Assembly (NCBI GenBank): GCA_000434295.1
Contig: HF994935.1
Coordinates: 638,235 to 702,234 of the forward strand
Source of the DNA: Acetobacter sp. CAG:977
GTDB lineage: Bacteria > Pseudomonadota > Alphaproteobacteria > CAAGCB01 > CAG-977
DNA: 64,000 bases
Direction: 5' to 3'
Within the stretch, counting starts at the first letter, position 1. Each line of letters starts with the position of its first letter. Below are positions 31,826-42,416 of this stretch, piece after piece. The notes under the pieces are model-generated. The model saw nothing but the letters and a program-made list of their open reading frames with translations. It ran no database searches and was not told the origin of the DNA. Position numbers and translations under genes: made by a program.

Positions 31826-32389
31826 GTGAGAAAGATGCCTTTTTTAAGCGGACAATGTCTGATTGCCATGCCGGGAATCGGAGACGCACGTTTTGAACAG
31901 GCCGTAATTTATATTTGTGCCCATACGCAAGAAGGAGCCATGGGATTAACGATTAATCGCCCGATCCGCGAAATTTCGTTTAACAATCTTTTGACCCAGT
32001 TGCACATGGAACCGGCATCTTTGCCGAAACAGCCCCCCATTTTGGCAGGCGGTCCCGTTGACGTCGTTCGCGGTTTTGTCCTTCATTCGCCCGAATATGT
32101 CAGCGAAGCGACTTTGCCGATGGGGGCTTTAACCTCATTGACGGTAACGACCGAAATCATTCGCGACATTTCAAAAGGCGCAGGACCTCAAAAATTTTTA
32201 ATCACGCTCGGCTATGCTTCGTGGGGCGCGGGTCAGCTTGAAGAAGAAATCAAACAAAATGCATGGCTTCCCGTAGAATCTTCCAACGAGCTTTTGTTCG
32301 AACAGCCGCCCGAACGAAAATGGGAAAATGCTTTGAAAAAGCTCGGCATTGACCCGCTGATGCTTTCTGCCGTTCAAGGAAAAGCCTGA
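31826..32389 (+). CDS. YqgE/AlgH family protein (UPF0301)
   Basis: GQCLIAMPGIGDARFEQAVIYICAHTQEGAMGLTINRP signature. Confidence 0.8.
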   Translation: MRKMPFLSGQCLIAMPGIGDARFEQAVIYICAHTQEGAMGLTINRPIREISFNNLLTQLHMEPASLPKQPPILAGGPVDVVRGFVLHSPEYVSEATLPMGALTSLTVTTEIIRDISKGAGPQKFLITLGYASWGAGQLEEEIKQNAWLPVESSNELLFEQPPERKWENALKKLGIDPLMLSAVQGKA

Positions 32390-32402
32390 CAGGAAAAAGC
32401 GT

Positions 32403-33344
32403 TTAATCTGCCAATCGCATATCAATCAGGTATTGCGACAGGCTTTCTTTTCCTTCATAGCACTCGGCTTTGTCTTCGCCTTTTTTGATAAAACAGCTGA
32501 CATGCATATTTGAAACGCGGCGGGATAACGTTCTATATGCTTCGACATTTTTGCCGGATTTTATGCGTATCCCCTTTAAACGGATGACTTTTCCGTTAAT
32601 TTTCAGAGCGTCACCTCCGACAACCGAAGCAATTCCTTCAACAAACGTTCTGTCTTCCCGCGCCTTTTGCGGACGGCGATATTGCGGCGCATTGTTTTGA
32701 GCAACAGCCGTTTCTCTGACAACGTTATCAAGCATTTTATCCAAAACCTCGGCACGGTTTTCGGCATGAGTGGGAACCATAACGACCGGAGCCGCTTGAA
32801 CGTTTTCGTCAACCCTGCTCCATTCCGGAGCCGGAACTCTTCTTTTGGGAGCCGACGTATTCTCAACGGGATGCGTCCGTTCTTTTTGCTTAAATTTATA
32901 TTCTTCTTTAGGCGCCGAGGGAGCAACGGGAGCCGCAGTTCCCTGAGTTTCGTTTTCTTTTCCCGTTTGGCGCCCCCATTTTACGGGCGCTTTCGGAGAC
33001 GTTACGAACAAAGGTTCGGGCTCTTTTACTTTTTCCGCTTCCTTCGTTTGTTCCGGTTCTTTTTTCGGAACGGACACGAAATCGGACACGGCATCCGTCA
33101 AGGGAGAAGCGGCTTTTTTCGTACGCATGGCAAATTCATCGACACGCGACGACACTGCGGGAACAAAAGTTTTTTTCCACCATTCGGGCAACTGTTTTGG
33201 CGGAATGCCGCACAAATAAAAAATACCGACGACAATTCCCGCCAACACCAGCAAATAGTGAGGGCGTTTAATGAAAATCATTCCCAAACGAAAGAAATCT
33301 CCGATTAAAGAAAAGGTTCCTTTTACGTATCCCAGAGCTTTCAT
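32403..33344 (-). CDS. membrane-anchored protein with Pro/Lys/Glu-rich linker and C-terminal SNase(thermonuclease)-like domain
   Basis: N-terminal TM; low-complexity linker; C-terminal VEGIASVVGGDALKINGKVIRLKGIRI... resembling SNase-like OB fold, catalytic residues uncertain. Confidence 0.35.
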   Translation of the reverse strand: MKALGYVKGTFSLIGDFFRLGMIFIKRPHYLLVLAGIVVGIFYLCGIPPKQLPEWWKKTFVPAVSSRVDEFAMRTKKAASPLTDAVSDFVSVPKKEPEQTKEAEKVKEPEPLFVTSPKAPVKWGRQTGKENETQGTAAPVAPSAPKEEYKFKQKERTHPVENTSAPKRRVPAPEWSRVDENVQAAPVVMVPTHAENRAEVLDKMLDNVVRETAVAQNNAPQYRRPQKAREDRTFVEGIASVVGGDALKINGKVIRLKGIRIKSGKNVEAYRTLSRRVSNMHVSCFIKKGEDKAECYEGKESLSQYLIDMRLAD

Positions 33345-33365
33345 AAACGCCTTCTCCTTATTTTG

Positions 33366-35072
33366 TTATTCCTGTTCGGGGTCGGCTCCGTAACGTGCAC
33401 ACAGTTCGGCAACGGTTTCGGGCATAATTTTATTGAAAAGCGGAGTCTGAGGAACATTAAAAGTATGTCCTGCCTTTAAAACCTGAAGCTGTTCCGCCGT
33501 ATCGCTTCCGATCCATGCCGTATCCGCAACGTCCAAATTCAACAACCTCATCATTTCTTTTGACGCATTCGGAATAACGGGAGCCGACAGAACGGCGTAT
33601 ACGCGAATCAGGTTCAAAGCCAAACGCAAAATCATTGCGGCTTTTTCCCTGTCTTCTTTAATGACCGTCCAAGGAGCCGCCGCCGTCAGATAGTTATTGC
33701 CTTCGACCCAAATGGCGCGCAATTCAACCATTGCTTTGCGGAATTCCATCGCCTGCATATATTTTGTGTAATCGGCGATACGTGCGGACAGAGTTTTGAC
33801 GAATTCTTTTTCCAAATCGCCCCACTGTCCGCCGTCGGGCACTTCGTTCGAGAACTTGCCAGCCGTCATTTTCAAGACACGGTTCACAAAATTTCCCAAA
33901 ACATCGTTCAAGTCTTTGTTAATCATGCCCGAAAACGACGTGAAGGTAAAGCTTGAATCCGAATTTTCCGGAGCATTCGCCATCAGCCAATAGCGCCAAT
34001 AATCCGCAGGGAATTCATCCAAAGCCTGATTTGTAAAGATGCCGCGTTTTTGGCTGGTCGAAAACTTTCCGCCGTAAAAAGTCAGCCAGTTAAATCCCTT
34101 GATATAATCGACTTTTTTCCACGGTTCTTTTGATCCCAACAGCGTTGCAGGGAACATAATCGTATGGAAGGGAATATTATCCTTTGCCATAAATTCGACG
34201 TAACGAACGTCTTTTGCGTCGTACCACCACGACTTCCAATCGCGTTTTTGCGGGTCTTTGTCCGCCCATTCGCGTGTTGCCGCAATATATTCGATCGGAG
34301 CATCAAACCACACATAGAAAACTTTACCGTCAAAACCGTCAACGGGAACGGGAATGCCCCATTTCAAATCGCGGGTAATGCAACGTTCACGCAAACCTTC
34401 TTTCAGCCATTTTCTGGCGATTGACGTCACGACAACGGGCCATTCGGCTTCGTGTTCGTCAATGAATGCCGAAATTTTGTTTTCCAAATCCGGCAATTTT
34501 AAGAACAAATGCTTGCTGTCGCGAATTTCCAAATTCGAACTGCCCGACACGGCGGAACGCGGGTTAATCAAGTCCGTCGGATCCAAAACGCGGGTGCAAT
34601 TTTCGCATTGGTCACCGCGGGCGGCTTCGTAACCGCAGTGCGGGCAAGTTCCGACAATATAACGGTCAGGCAGAAAGCGACCGTCGTCAACGGAATAGAC
34701 CTGTTTAATCGTCCGTTCTTCGATATAGCCGTTTTCCATCAGCTTTTTGCAAAAATGCTGAGTCAATTCCGTATTCTGTTCGGAAGACGACCGCCCGAAA
34801 TGGTCGAAAGAAAGACCGAAACGTTCGTAAATGGAACGTTGGACTTCATGTTGTTCGGTACAAAACGTTTCAACGTCCTGACCTTTTTCCAATGCGGCCA
34901 ACTCGGCAGGCGTTCCGTGTTCGTCCGTTGCGCAAATAAACAAAACGTCTTCGCCCTTTTGGCGCAAAAAGCGGGCATAAACGTCGGCGGGGAGCATTGA
35001 ACCGACCAAATTGCCCAAATGCTTGATGCCGTTAATATATGGAAGTGCGCTTGTAATCAGATAACGGGTCAT
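33366..35072 (-). CDS. metG: methionine--tRNA ligase
   Basis: ATG at 35072 preceded by GGAGGA; HIGH-type motif ([14 protein letters not shown]), KMSKS (KFSTSQ), zinc knuckle CPHCG...CENC. Confidence 0.9.
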   Translation of the reverse strand: MTRYLITSALPYINGIKHLGNLVGSMLPADVYARFLRQKGEDVLFICATDEHGTPAELAALEKGQDVETFCTEQHEVQRSIYERFGLSFDHFGRSSSEQNTELTQHFCKKLMENGYIEERTIKQVYSVDDGRFLPDRYIVGTCPHCGYEAARGDQCENCTRVLDPTDLINPRSAVSGSSNLEIRDSKHLFLKLPDLENKISAFIDEHEAEWPVVVTSIARKWLKEGLRERCITRDLKWGIPVPVDGFDGKVFYVWFDAPIEYIAATREWADKDPQKRDWKSWWYDAKDVRYVEFMAKDNIPFHTIMFPATLLGSKEPWKKVDYIKGFNWLTFYGGKFSTSQKRGIFTNQALDEFPADYWRYWLMANAPENSDSSFTFTSFSGMINKDLNDVLGNFVNRVLKMTAGKFSNEVPDGGQWGDLEKEFVKTLSARIADYTKYMQAMEFRKAMVELRAIWVEGNNYLTAAAPWTVIKEDREKAAMILRLALNLIRVYAVLSAPVIPNASKEMMRLLNLDVADTAWIGSDTAEQLQVLKAGHTFNVPQTPLFNKIMPETVAELCARYGADPEQE

Positions 35073-35241
35073 AACTGTCCTCCCCAAAAAATAAAGGTGT
35101 TTTCTTTTAGAAGCTTTTTTACGTTAAAATTCAAGCTTAAAATACCAAAACGCCTTTGAATTCCGTTTTTTCTTTTGTATCTTAAATGCCGTTCGGATAA
35201 AAGCCGAAAATGAACAGTTTATATTAAAAAGGATAAAAAAA

Positions 35242-35778
35242 ATGCCAGTCATCTGCCGTACCGCCCTGCCCTCGGACATCGATGCCGTGATGCGCATTGA
35301 AAAAGAAAGCTTTTTACCCGGATTGCAAGAAGATAAAGACCTGTACTTAAAAAGGATATCCGCCTTTCCGGAAGGTTTTCTGTTGGCAGAAGACACGCAA
35401 ACAAAAGAAATCGGCGGTTATATTTGTTCCGAACTGTGGCGGGAAGACCGACCCGTTTGTGCCGAAACATTGGCTTTGGGGCACGATCCGAAAGAAGCCC
35501 ACTGCTATGACGGCACGCTGTTTTATATTACGTCTTTCGGAACTTTGACCTCGTGGAGAGGCAAGAAAGTCGGCTCTTTGCTGCTTGACACGCTTGAACA
35601 GAAAATCGCAAAAGAATACCCGCAGGCGACGCAAAGCGTCCTGATCGTTTCCGAAAAATGGCTTGCGGCACGTCGACTGTACGAAAAGCGCGGATTTAAA
35701 GAACGCGGGCGCATCATCGATTTTTTCACCCCCGACGATCTGCCTGCGGAAGACGCCGTTTTAATGATGAAACCTTAA
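35242..35778 (+). CDS. GNAT family N-acetyltransferase
   Basis: 178 aa; GNAT motif A region (WRGKKVGSLLL). Confidence 0.7.
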   Translation: MPVICRTALPSDIDAVMRIEKESFLPGLQEDKDLYLKRISAFPEGFLLAEDTQTKEIGGYICSELWREDRPVCAETLALGHDPKEAHCYDGTLFYITSFGTLTSWRGKKVGSLLLDTLEQKIAKEYPQATQSVLIVSEKWLAARRLYEKRGFKERGRIIDFFTPDDLPAEDAVLMMKP

Positions 35779-37175
35779 GGATACAATTCGGGAAAAACGT
35801 CTTTTTTCGGGGCGGGCTTTTTCTTTAAAGGCTTTTTGTTTTCAAAAGCCTTCCAAACTTCCGTTCCTATCGTTTCTTCAGACCGCTCAAACAGGATTTG
35901 CGAAAACTTTGTACGACCGTATAAACGGAAATTCAGTTCTTCCAAAACCCGAAGAAAATCTTCGTCTTCGCCGTTAATCACCCTTTTAACGTCCGACAAA
36001 TTCAGCACGGTCTGTTCGGAAATGCTGTCTGCCCAACGAATCAAAGCCTTTTCTATATCCTGCGGGTTTTGGGCGCGGCACGCTTCTTTAAGGTCGGCAA
36101 CCAAGGCACGCTTTTTTCTAAAGCTTCGCGAAAGCTTTGCTATTCCGAATATTGAAAAAACTGCCGAAAGGGTAAAAACGACAACGCAGAGCATCGTATG
36201 CGGCAAAGGAAAGACGGAAAAGATGTTTTTTAAACGCTTCTCAAAATCAAAAAAGGCATTATTGTTTTTTTTCGGTTCGGCTTCCGCCGTCCTTGTTTTT
36301 TGCGCCGCAGCGGCGGGGGTTATCTTAATTACGGCGGACGGCAAGAGTGCCGTTTCAATTTTTCCCGTCTGCGTATTGTACCAATCCGCTCTGATTTCCG
36401 GCAAAACAAGTTCCCCTTCGCTTTGAGGAATATAGACTTCGGTTTTTCTGATGCCTGCCAACAAATTTCTGCCCGAAGTCAAAAGGTTGCGTTCCAAGCG
36501 CCCTTCGTACGTTCTGGCATTTTCAGGCGCGGCGGACGAAATATCGGGCAGAAATCCCGGCAAAGTCCCCGCCGCCGTCAAAACGACGGAACGTTTTACG
36601 GGCATACCGACTTTTGCGACAAGGGAACGGGGCAGAATGCCCGATAAAAACTTGACATCGGTGGCGGGAAACAGCGGAGGCTTATGATCGGGAAGTTTGC
36701 GCACCGTAACGGAAAACGGCTCCGAACAAACTTTAAGCTCTTTGATTTTCTTGGAAAAAACGACGCGGTTATATGCCGACGTTTCTATTTTTGAAAACTC
36801 CCGCCCGAAATTGACGTTCCCCTGAATGATTTCTTCGGGCACTTTTGCCGACATACATAAAGACGGAAAACTTTGCGCGCCGTCGGTTTTTATGACAGCC
36901 CTTAAACGGACTTGAGTTACCTGATACGGCTTGCCGTTTTTGTTCATGACGCGTTCAAGGGTGTTTTTATCGGGGAAAACGTCAATGTTTTTCCAATCGA
37001 CCGGCATAAATCTGATTTCTGCCAATCCCAAGGAATCCCAAAGCCTTAGCCTGATTTCGAATTCTTCGCCGACCAAAACGTCTTTTTTGACGGGAAAGAT
37101 TTCGGCAAAGACCTCTTGGGCAAAAGCGCTTTTGCAAAACACGCAAAGCGAAACAAACAGAAAAAACCTTACCAT
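35775..37175 (-). CDS. batD: BatD-like protein (Bat/MoxR operon terminal gene)
   Basis: 466 aa; N-terminal signal peptide, large periplasmic region, C-terminal TM + basic tail; position after vWA/TPR genes. Confidence 0.5.
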   Translation of the reverse strand: MVRFFLFVSLCVFCKSAFAQEVFAEIFPVKKDVLVGEEFEIRLRLWDSLGLAEIRFMPVDWKNIDVFPDKNTLERVMNKNGKPYQVTQVRLRAVIKTDGAQSFPSLCMSAKVPEEIIQGNVNFGREFSKIETSAYNRVVFSKKIKELKVCSEPFSVTVRKLPDHKPPLFPATDVKFLSGILPRSLVAKVGMPVKRSVVLTAAGTLPGFLPDISSAAPENARTYEGRLERNLLTSGRNLLAGIRKTEVYIPQSEGELVLPEIRADWYNTQTGKIETALLPSAVIKITPAAAAQKTRTAEAEPKKNNNAFFDFEKRLKNIFSVFPLPHTMLCVVVFTLSAVFSIFGIAKLSRSFRKKRALVADLKEACRAQNPQDIEKALIRWADSISEQTVLNLSDVKRVINGEDEDFLRVLEELNFRLYGRTKFSQILFERSEETIGTEVWKAFENKKPLKKKPAPKKDVFPELYP

Positions 37176-38914
37176 TCCGCCCCCTGCAAGCTTTCGGGGG
37201 GATAACGCCCGCTGAGATGTTGGAATAAAATTTTCTGTTTTAACAACAAAGACGGGTCATCGGGGATTTTCGGTGCACCGCCGCCTTGCCCCTGCCCTTC
37301 GGACGGAGTGTTTGAAGGTTTGTTTTCAAAATTTCCTCCTTGTCCGTTATCGGAAGCCCCTGAGGCTCCGCTCGATGCTTCTCCTTTATTTTCTTGAGGA
37401 CTGTTTTGGTTGTCATTTTGTTTATTATCAGTATGTTGTTTGTTGTTTTTATTATTTTGGTTTAAGTTGTTTTCCTGATTTTCAGAATCCCCTTCGCCGT
37501 TCCCGCCGCCCGCAGAAGGCGCATCGGAACCGCCCGTACCATTATCGGAATCGCCTTCGTTATTTCCCGAAGAATCTCCGTCGCCTTTTGAATCATCGTT
37601 CTTGCCTTGTCCCCCGTCAGGAGGCGGTTCGCGGTTTCTTAACCGTTCGGCAATCTCTAAATTGACTTGCGCATCTTCGGAATTCGGATTTTCAAAAACG
37701 GCGGCTTTTAACATCTCTACCGCGGCATCATAGTTTTCCATCCGTATCAGACGCGTCCCCGTATTATAATACGTTTTAAAGTCTTCCGCATCGCGGGCAA
37801 TCCGTAACGCTTTAGAAACATCGCCTGATTTCAAGGCTTTTTCGGCACGGGCTGGAGCATTCAAAAATAAATCCGAAGCATTTGCGGGAACCGAAAAAAA
37901 TCCGAATATTAACAGCACGCTCAAAGCGCCTCTGCCCGCCAAAAAAGGAAACACCAACAAAGCGGGAAATAAAAACATCCACCCTATATCCGTCGTGCGA
38001 GGATCGTTTTTAACATTGATTTCCGATGCGTCGGCATCCTGAAACAAACGGGCATATGACCGCATTAAAAAAGCCGTATCAGACCCGTCCGCCGACACAG
38101 AAGCATAAGCTCCGTTCCCTTTCAAAGCGAGCTTTTTTAAAAACTCTTCTTTTAACCTGTGGTGTACGGGATTTCCAAGTCTGTCCGTTATCGGCGTATC
38201 GTCTTTTTGCATTAACGGCGCCCCCGCCGTCGTCCCTATGCCCAAAACGAACAGACGACCGCCGCTTTTAGCAAAAGATTCCGCCGTTTTCAAAGCATCG
38301 TCCTGTTGAGCGAGGACCTCTTCTCCCCCGTCGGTCAGCAAAAAAATATCCCCGCCTTTTGCTCCCGTTGATTTTAACATTCTTACGGCTTCCGCCAAAG
38401 CACGGTCTATGCGCGATCCTTGAGCCGGAACCAAATCGAAATTCAACAACGGCAATATATTTTCAATAACGCTTTTATCCGTTGTCGTCGGCAGCAAAGA
38501 ATACGGTTCGTTTGCAAAAATTCCGAAACCGACGGGCATGCCTTTTAAACCGTTTAAGATGTCATACGACTTGAACTGCAACGCGCTGAAACGGTTCGGA
38601 AATACGTCTTTTGCCCGCATCGAAAGCGACAAATCTGCCATAATCATGACAGGCGTTTTCGGAGCGTAAAGCGTCCCGTTTGTTCGTTGAACGCCGACCC
38701 CGACCATTGCCAAAACCGCACAAATCGAAGCAAAAAAAGATAAAATCGGCAAAATCCTTTTTTGCCCGCCACTCCCCCGCGACAAAAAAGGCAACAAATG
38801 CGAATCAACTGCCCTTCCCCATGCTTCGGACGTTCCGAACGCCCGAAAACAAAACAACAATGCCGGTATCAAAAACCAAAAAGCCCACGGGCGTAAAAAG
38901 ACAATTTCGTTCAT
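37169..38914 (-). CDS. vWA + TPR fusion protein (BatB/BatC-like) with G/N/D/S/Q-rich low-complexity C-terminal half
   Basis: ATG at 38914 (ATGA overlap with batA stop); TM helices, vWA MIDAS (ADLSLSMRAKD), TPR block, then long low-complexity region (NQENNLNQNNKNNKQ...GDGDSSGNNEGDSDNG). Confidence 0.6.
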   Translation of the reverse strand: MNEIVFLRPWAFWFLIPALLFCFRAFGTSEAWGRAVDSHLLPFLSRGSGGQKRILPILSFFASICAVLAMVGVGVQRTNGTLYAPKTPVMIMADLSLSMRAKDVFPNRFSALQFKSYDILNGLKGMPVGFGIFANEPYSLLPTTTDKSVIENILPLLNFDLVPAQGSRIDRALAEAVRMLKSTGAKGGDIFLLTDGGEEVLAQQDDALKTAESFAKSGGRLFVLGIGTTAGAPLMQKDDTPITDRLGNPVHHRLKEEFLKKLALKGNGAYASVSADGSDTAFLMRSYARLFQDADASEINVKNDPRTTDIGWMFLFPALLVFPFLAGRGALSVLLIFGFFSVPANASDLFLNAPARAEKALKSGDVSKALRIARDAEDFKTYYNTGTRLIRMENYDAAVEMLKAAVFENPNSEDAQVNLEIAERLRNREPPPDGGQGKNDDSKGDGDSSGNNEGDSDNGTGGSDAPSAGGGNGEGDSENQENNLNQNNKNNKQHTDNKQNDNQNSPQENKGEASSGASGASDNGQGGNFENKPSNTPSEGQGQGGGAPKIPDDPSLLLKQKILFQHLSGRYPPESLQGAEW

Positions 38915-39894
38915 TTGCCCGTATTCCTTTTTATTTTTGACCAAAGCCCGAAGCTTAAGCCTTTTAGGACGTTCACGCTCAACAAAACCAGACAAACGAA
39001 CAAAGGATACGGATACAGTTCTTTTTGAGGCATCAGATAAACGTCGGTTTGAGACAACGGTTCCGCATCTGAAATTTTTTGATAAGCTTCTTCCAACCCC
39101 TTCGGGTTGTCCACGGAATAGAAATGTCCGCCCGTTTCCTTGGCTATTTTTCCCAACAGCACGATATCTATGCTTTCCGCAGGATTGGCAGACGGTTTCC
39201 CGACACCGATTGTATAAACTCTGACATTTTCGGAAACGGCTTTTTTCAAAGCATCGGGAGGCATCAGGCTTCCCGCGTTATTAACGCCGTCCGTCAATAA
39301 AACGACCACTTTTTGCGCAGTTTCGGATTTATTTAAATAATCCGCCGCCATCCCCAAAGCATCCCCGATTGCCGTCATGCCGCCCAAAAGCCCGACCTGA
39401 ACGGAAGAAAGCATTTCTCTTAAAGTCAGGTAGTCAACGGTCAACGGAACATACATTGACGCCTGCCCCGCAAACAAAATAATGCCGATCCGGTCTCCGC
39501 TTCGGGTGCGGACAAACGTATCTGCGGCAGCTTTGACGGCACTTAAGCGGTCAAGAGCCTCACCGTTTTCGGAAATAAAATCTTTTTGTTGCATTGATCC
39601 TGAAATATCCAATATCAGGATTAAATCCCGAACAGGCGCGACATAGCTTTGAATCCCCGCGGGCGTTTGCGGGCGAGCCGCCGCAAGCAGCAAAAAAATC
39701 CAAGCCGCCTGCATCATAAAAGCCCGCCGAAAACGAAACGAACGGGGCATTTTTGAAGATATTGCCTTGACTTCGTAAAAAAACGGCACCTTAACGGCTT
39801 TGGAAAGCTCCCCTTCCTTTCCTGTCGAAAACCGCCGTACCAAATACGGCAACGGCAATAAAAACAGCAAAAAAGGGAAAGCGAAATGAATCAT
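38911..39894 (-). CDS. batA: vWA domain protein BatA-like
   Basis: two N-terminal TM + vWA domain with MIDAS (LILDISGSM). Confidence 0.65.
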   Translation of the reverse strand: MIHFAFPFLLFLLPLPYLVRRFSTGKEGELSKAVKVPFFYEVKAISSKMPRSFRFRRAFMMQAAWIFLLLAAARPQTPAGIQSYVAPVRDLILILDISGSMQQKDFISENGEALDRLSAVKAAADTFVRTRSGDRIGIILFAGQASMYVPLTVDYLTLREMLSSVQVGLLGGMTAIGDALGMAADYLNKSETAQKVVVLLTDGVNNAGSLMPPDALKKAVSENVRVYTIGVGKPSANPAESIDIVLLGKIAKETGGHFYSVDNPKGLEEAYQKISDAEPLSQTDVYLMPQKELYPYPLFVCLVLLSVNVLKGLSFGLWSKIKRNTGK

Positions 39895-40370
39895 GCGTGT
39901 TCAATAATCCATTCTTTGGCGGACTTTGCCAAATCCGCCGCGTCTTTGACCGTTACGGCGCCTTTGGGGACATACATGACCGTTTCAAGGATTTCTGCCG
40001 ATTTTCCGTTAAAAAGAGGCTTTTTAGACGTTTTTTGCAAAAACTCTCGCCACTGTTTTCCGTAAGCACCCGCAACCTGTTCCCGAGGAAACCTGATCAG
40101 CGCCACGCGCTTAAGCAACAAAGACAGCTCGGACGCCAAACGGTGAGGATCTTCGGCGTATTTTTGGCAAAGGCTGTCGATTTCGCGCAAAGCGTACTTT
40201 TTGGCGTTCATCCGCCTTTTTTTCATCAAAAGCCAAACGGCAACACAGATCAGCACCGCAATGCCCGCCAAAGCCCACCATCCCCAGGCAAGAGGCCATA
40301 CGGAAGGCAACGGCGGCAAATGTATGTCGCGCAATCCCGACAAATCAATTCCCTGTCCCGTCGGATTCAT
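39891..40370 (-). CDS. DUF4381-like small membrane protein of Bat/MoxR operons
   Basis: 159 aa, single TM (WWALAGIAVLICVAVWLL), conserved operon position. Confidence 0.45.
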   Translation of the reverse strand: MNPTGQGIDLSGLRDIHLPPLPSVWPLAWGWWALAGIAVLICVAVWLLMKKRRMNAKKYALREIDSLCQKYAEDPHRLASELSLLLKRVALIRFPREQVAGAYGKQWREFLQKTSKKPLFNGKSAEILETVMYVPKGAVTVKDAADLAKSAKEWIIEHA

Positions 40371-40381
40371 GGTTTCCTCCT

Positions 40382-41356
40382 TTAAGCCCGTTCTGCCGTC
40401 AAAACGCCTTTTCGTACGGTTTCGGCAGGATTTTGATCCGTACGCAACGCAATGTAGATAATGTTGCGGCTATGGCAAAAGTTTTCAAGTTGGCGGCGGG
40501 GTTCCAAAAAAACTTTTTCGTATTCCGCCCGCCATGCCGGATCATCCGTATGAATGGTCGTTGTTTTTTTACCGTCGCTGATGCGGTAGCTTCCCGGCGG
40601 AGGCGGCGTTTCTTCCAATGGATCAAAAACTTGGATGCACACGACATCGCAATGTCTGGAAATATACGTTAAATGTTTTTTCGATTCTTCGTCAAAATCG
40701 TGAAAATCGCTGATAATATAGACGCGCCCGCCGTTTTTGGAAACACGCCGTAACTCTGCCAAAGCTTCGTGCAGGTTTTTGCCTTTTTCGTCGGCATCGT
40801 CGTTCGCCGCTTCGACAACGGCGGTAAAGACCTCCATCAAACGGCGCATCTGGCGGTGCGGAGCAATCTTGGCATAGCGGGATGCCGACATGATAATTGC
40901 GCCGATCTTGTCTCCGTTTTCCCGTGACGCCCAAGCCAAAGCCGCCAAAATACGCGCCGCAATGACGGATTTAAAAGCTACGCGCGTCCCGAAACGCATG
41001 GAAGACCTGAAATCGCCCAAAAACAAAACGGGACGGTCACGTTCTTCACGATACAGCTTTGTATGCGTCTTACCCGTTCTTGCCGTAACGCGCCAATCGA
41101 TCATGCGGATATCGTCGCCCGGATGATAAATCCGGACTTCGTCGAATTCCATGCCGCGCCCTCTGAACGGAGAACGGTGCAAACCTGCCCCTTCCGTTCT
41201 TGAAAAGCCCAAAGAATCAAATGACAAAAGCGGGACAAAACGTCGCTGAGCCAGCAATTCGCCCAGCGTCGCATGCACACCGTCGCCTTCGGTGACAGCT
41301 TGCGCTTTTTCCGAAGAAGACCCCGTTGTTATCAAAGATTTTAATTTCTTCAGCAT
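40382..41356 (-). CDS. DUF58 family protein (vWA-like, MoxR partner)
   Basis: 324 aa; directly downstream of and overlapping moxR by 1 nt; DUF58-like core (IDWRVTARTGK, VYIISDFHDFDEE). Confidence 0.6.
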   Translation of the reverse strand: MLKKLKSLITTGSSSEKAQAVTEGDGVHATLGELLAQRRFVPLLSFDSLGFSRTEGAGLHRSPFRGRGMEFDEVRIYHPGDDIRMIDWRVTARTGKTHTKLYREERDRPVLFLGDFRSSMRFGTRVAFKSVIAARILAALAWASRENGDKIGAIIMSASRYAKIAPHRQMRRLMEVFTAVVEAANDDADEKGKNLHEALAELRRVSKNGGRVYIISDFHDFDEESKKHLTYISRHCDVVCIQVFDPLEETPPPPGSYRISDGKKTTTIHTDDPAWRAEYEKVFLEPRRQLENFCHSRNIIYIALRTDQNPAETVRKGVLTAERA

Positions 41357-42339
41357 TACGGCATCGGTACCCTGTTCAACAAAACATCAAGAAAGCTGTC
41401 GGGCGTAATGCCTTCGGCTTCGGCTTCAAACGTCAAAATGACGCGGTGGCGCAAAACATCATGAACAACGGCATGAATGTCTTCGGGAAGGACGTAATCC
41501 CGCCCTTCAAGCCACGTTTTTGCCCGAGCGCAACGATCCAAAGCTATCGTCCCGCGCGGGCTTGCCCCGAACGCGACCCAACGTTTGAATTTGTCGCCGT
41601 ACGCTTCGGGGCGGCGCGTCGCCATAACCAGCTGGACGATATATTCTTCCAAAGACGGCGACAAATGTACGCCCAAAGCTTCTCTTCTTGCTTCAAAAAC
41701 GCGGGTTTGCGGCACGGCTTCAAAAGTCAACGGCGCGACTTCCAACGCTTCGTCGCGAACCAGCTTTAAAATGCGGCGTTCGGATTCTGCATCGGGCTGA
41801 CCGATTTTCACATACATCAAAAAACGATCCAATTGCGCTTCGGGCAAAGGATACGTCCCTTCCTGCTCAATCGGGTTTTGAGTCGCCATAACCATAAACA
41901 GTTTCGGCAGCTTGTACGTTTTCCCGCCGACGGTAACCTGACGTTCCGCCATGGCTTCCAATAAAGCGGACTGTACTTTTGCAGGAGCGCGGTTGATTTC
42001 GTCAGCCAAAATCAGATTATGGAAAACAGGTCCCGGCTGAAATTGAAAAGTCCCCGTTTCGGGACGGTAAATATCGCTGCCCGTAATGTCCGAAGGCAAA
42101 AGATCCGGCGTAAATTGAATACGCTGGTCATCGCCTTCCAATGCTTCGGAAAGTTTTTTGATGGCTTTCGTCTTTGCCAAGCCCGGAGCACCTTCCACCA
42201 ACAAATGACCGTCCGCCAGCAACGCTATCAGCAACCGGTCAACCAATTCCGACTGGCCGACGATGCAGGAATTCATATATTCGCGCAATTGCATAAAACT
42301 GCGCCGCGCATTCGTCATTGTTTGATTTTCGGCTTGCAT
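41356..42339 (-). CDS. MoxR-family AAA+ ATPase
   Basis: Walker A GAPGLAKT, Walker B LILADEINRAPAKVQ, MoxR length (327 aa). Confidence 0.85.
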   Translation of the reverse strand: MQAENQTMTNARRSFMQLREYMNSCIVGQSELVDRLLIALLADGHLLVEGAPGLAKTKAIKKLSEALEGDDQRIQFTPDLLPSDITGSDIYRPETGTFQFQPGPVFHNLILADEINRAPAKVQSALLEAMAERQVTVGGKTYKLPKLFMVMATQNPIEQEGTYPLPEAQLDRFLMYVKIGQPDAESERRILKLVRDEALEVAPLTFEAVPQTRVFEARREALGVHLSPSLEEYIVQLVMATRRPEAYGDKFKRWVAFGASPRGTIALDRCARAKTWLEGRDYVLPEDIHAVVHDVLRHRVILTFEAEAEGITPDSFLDVLLNRVPMP

Positions 42340-42416
42340 AAAAAACTCTCCTTTTTTTCAAGAAAACCTGTTACAAGTTAATATACTGATTTTTTTCCTA
42401 CGGGTTAATAGGATTT

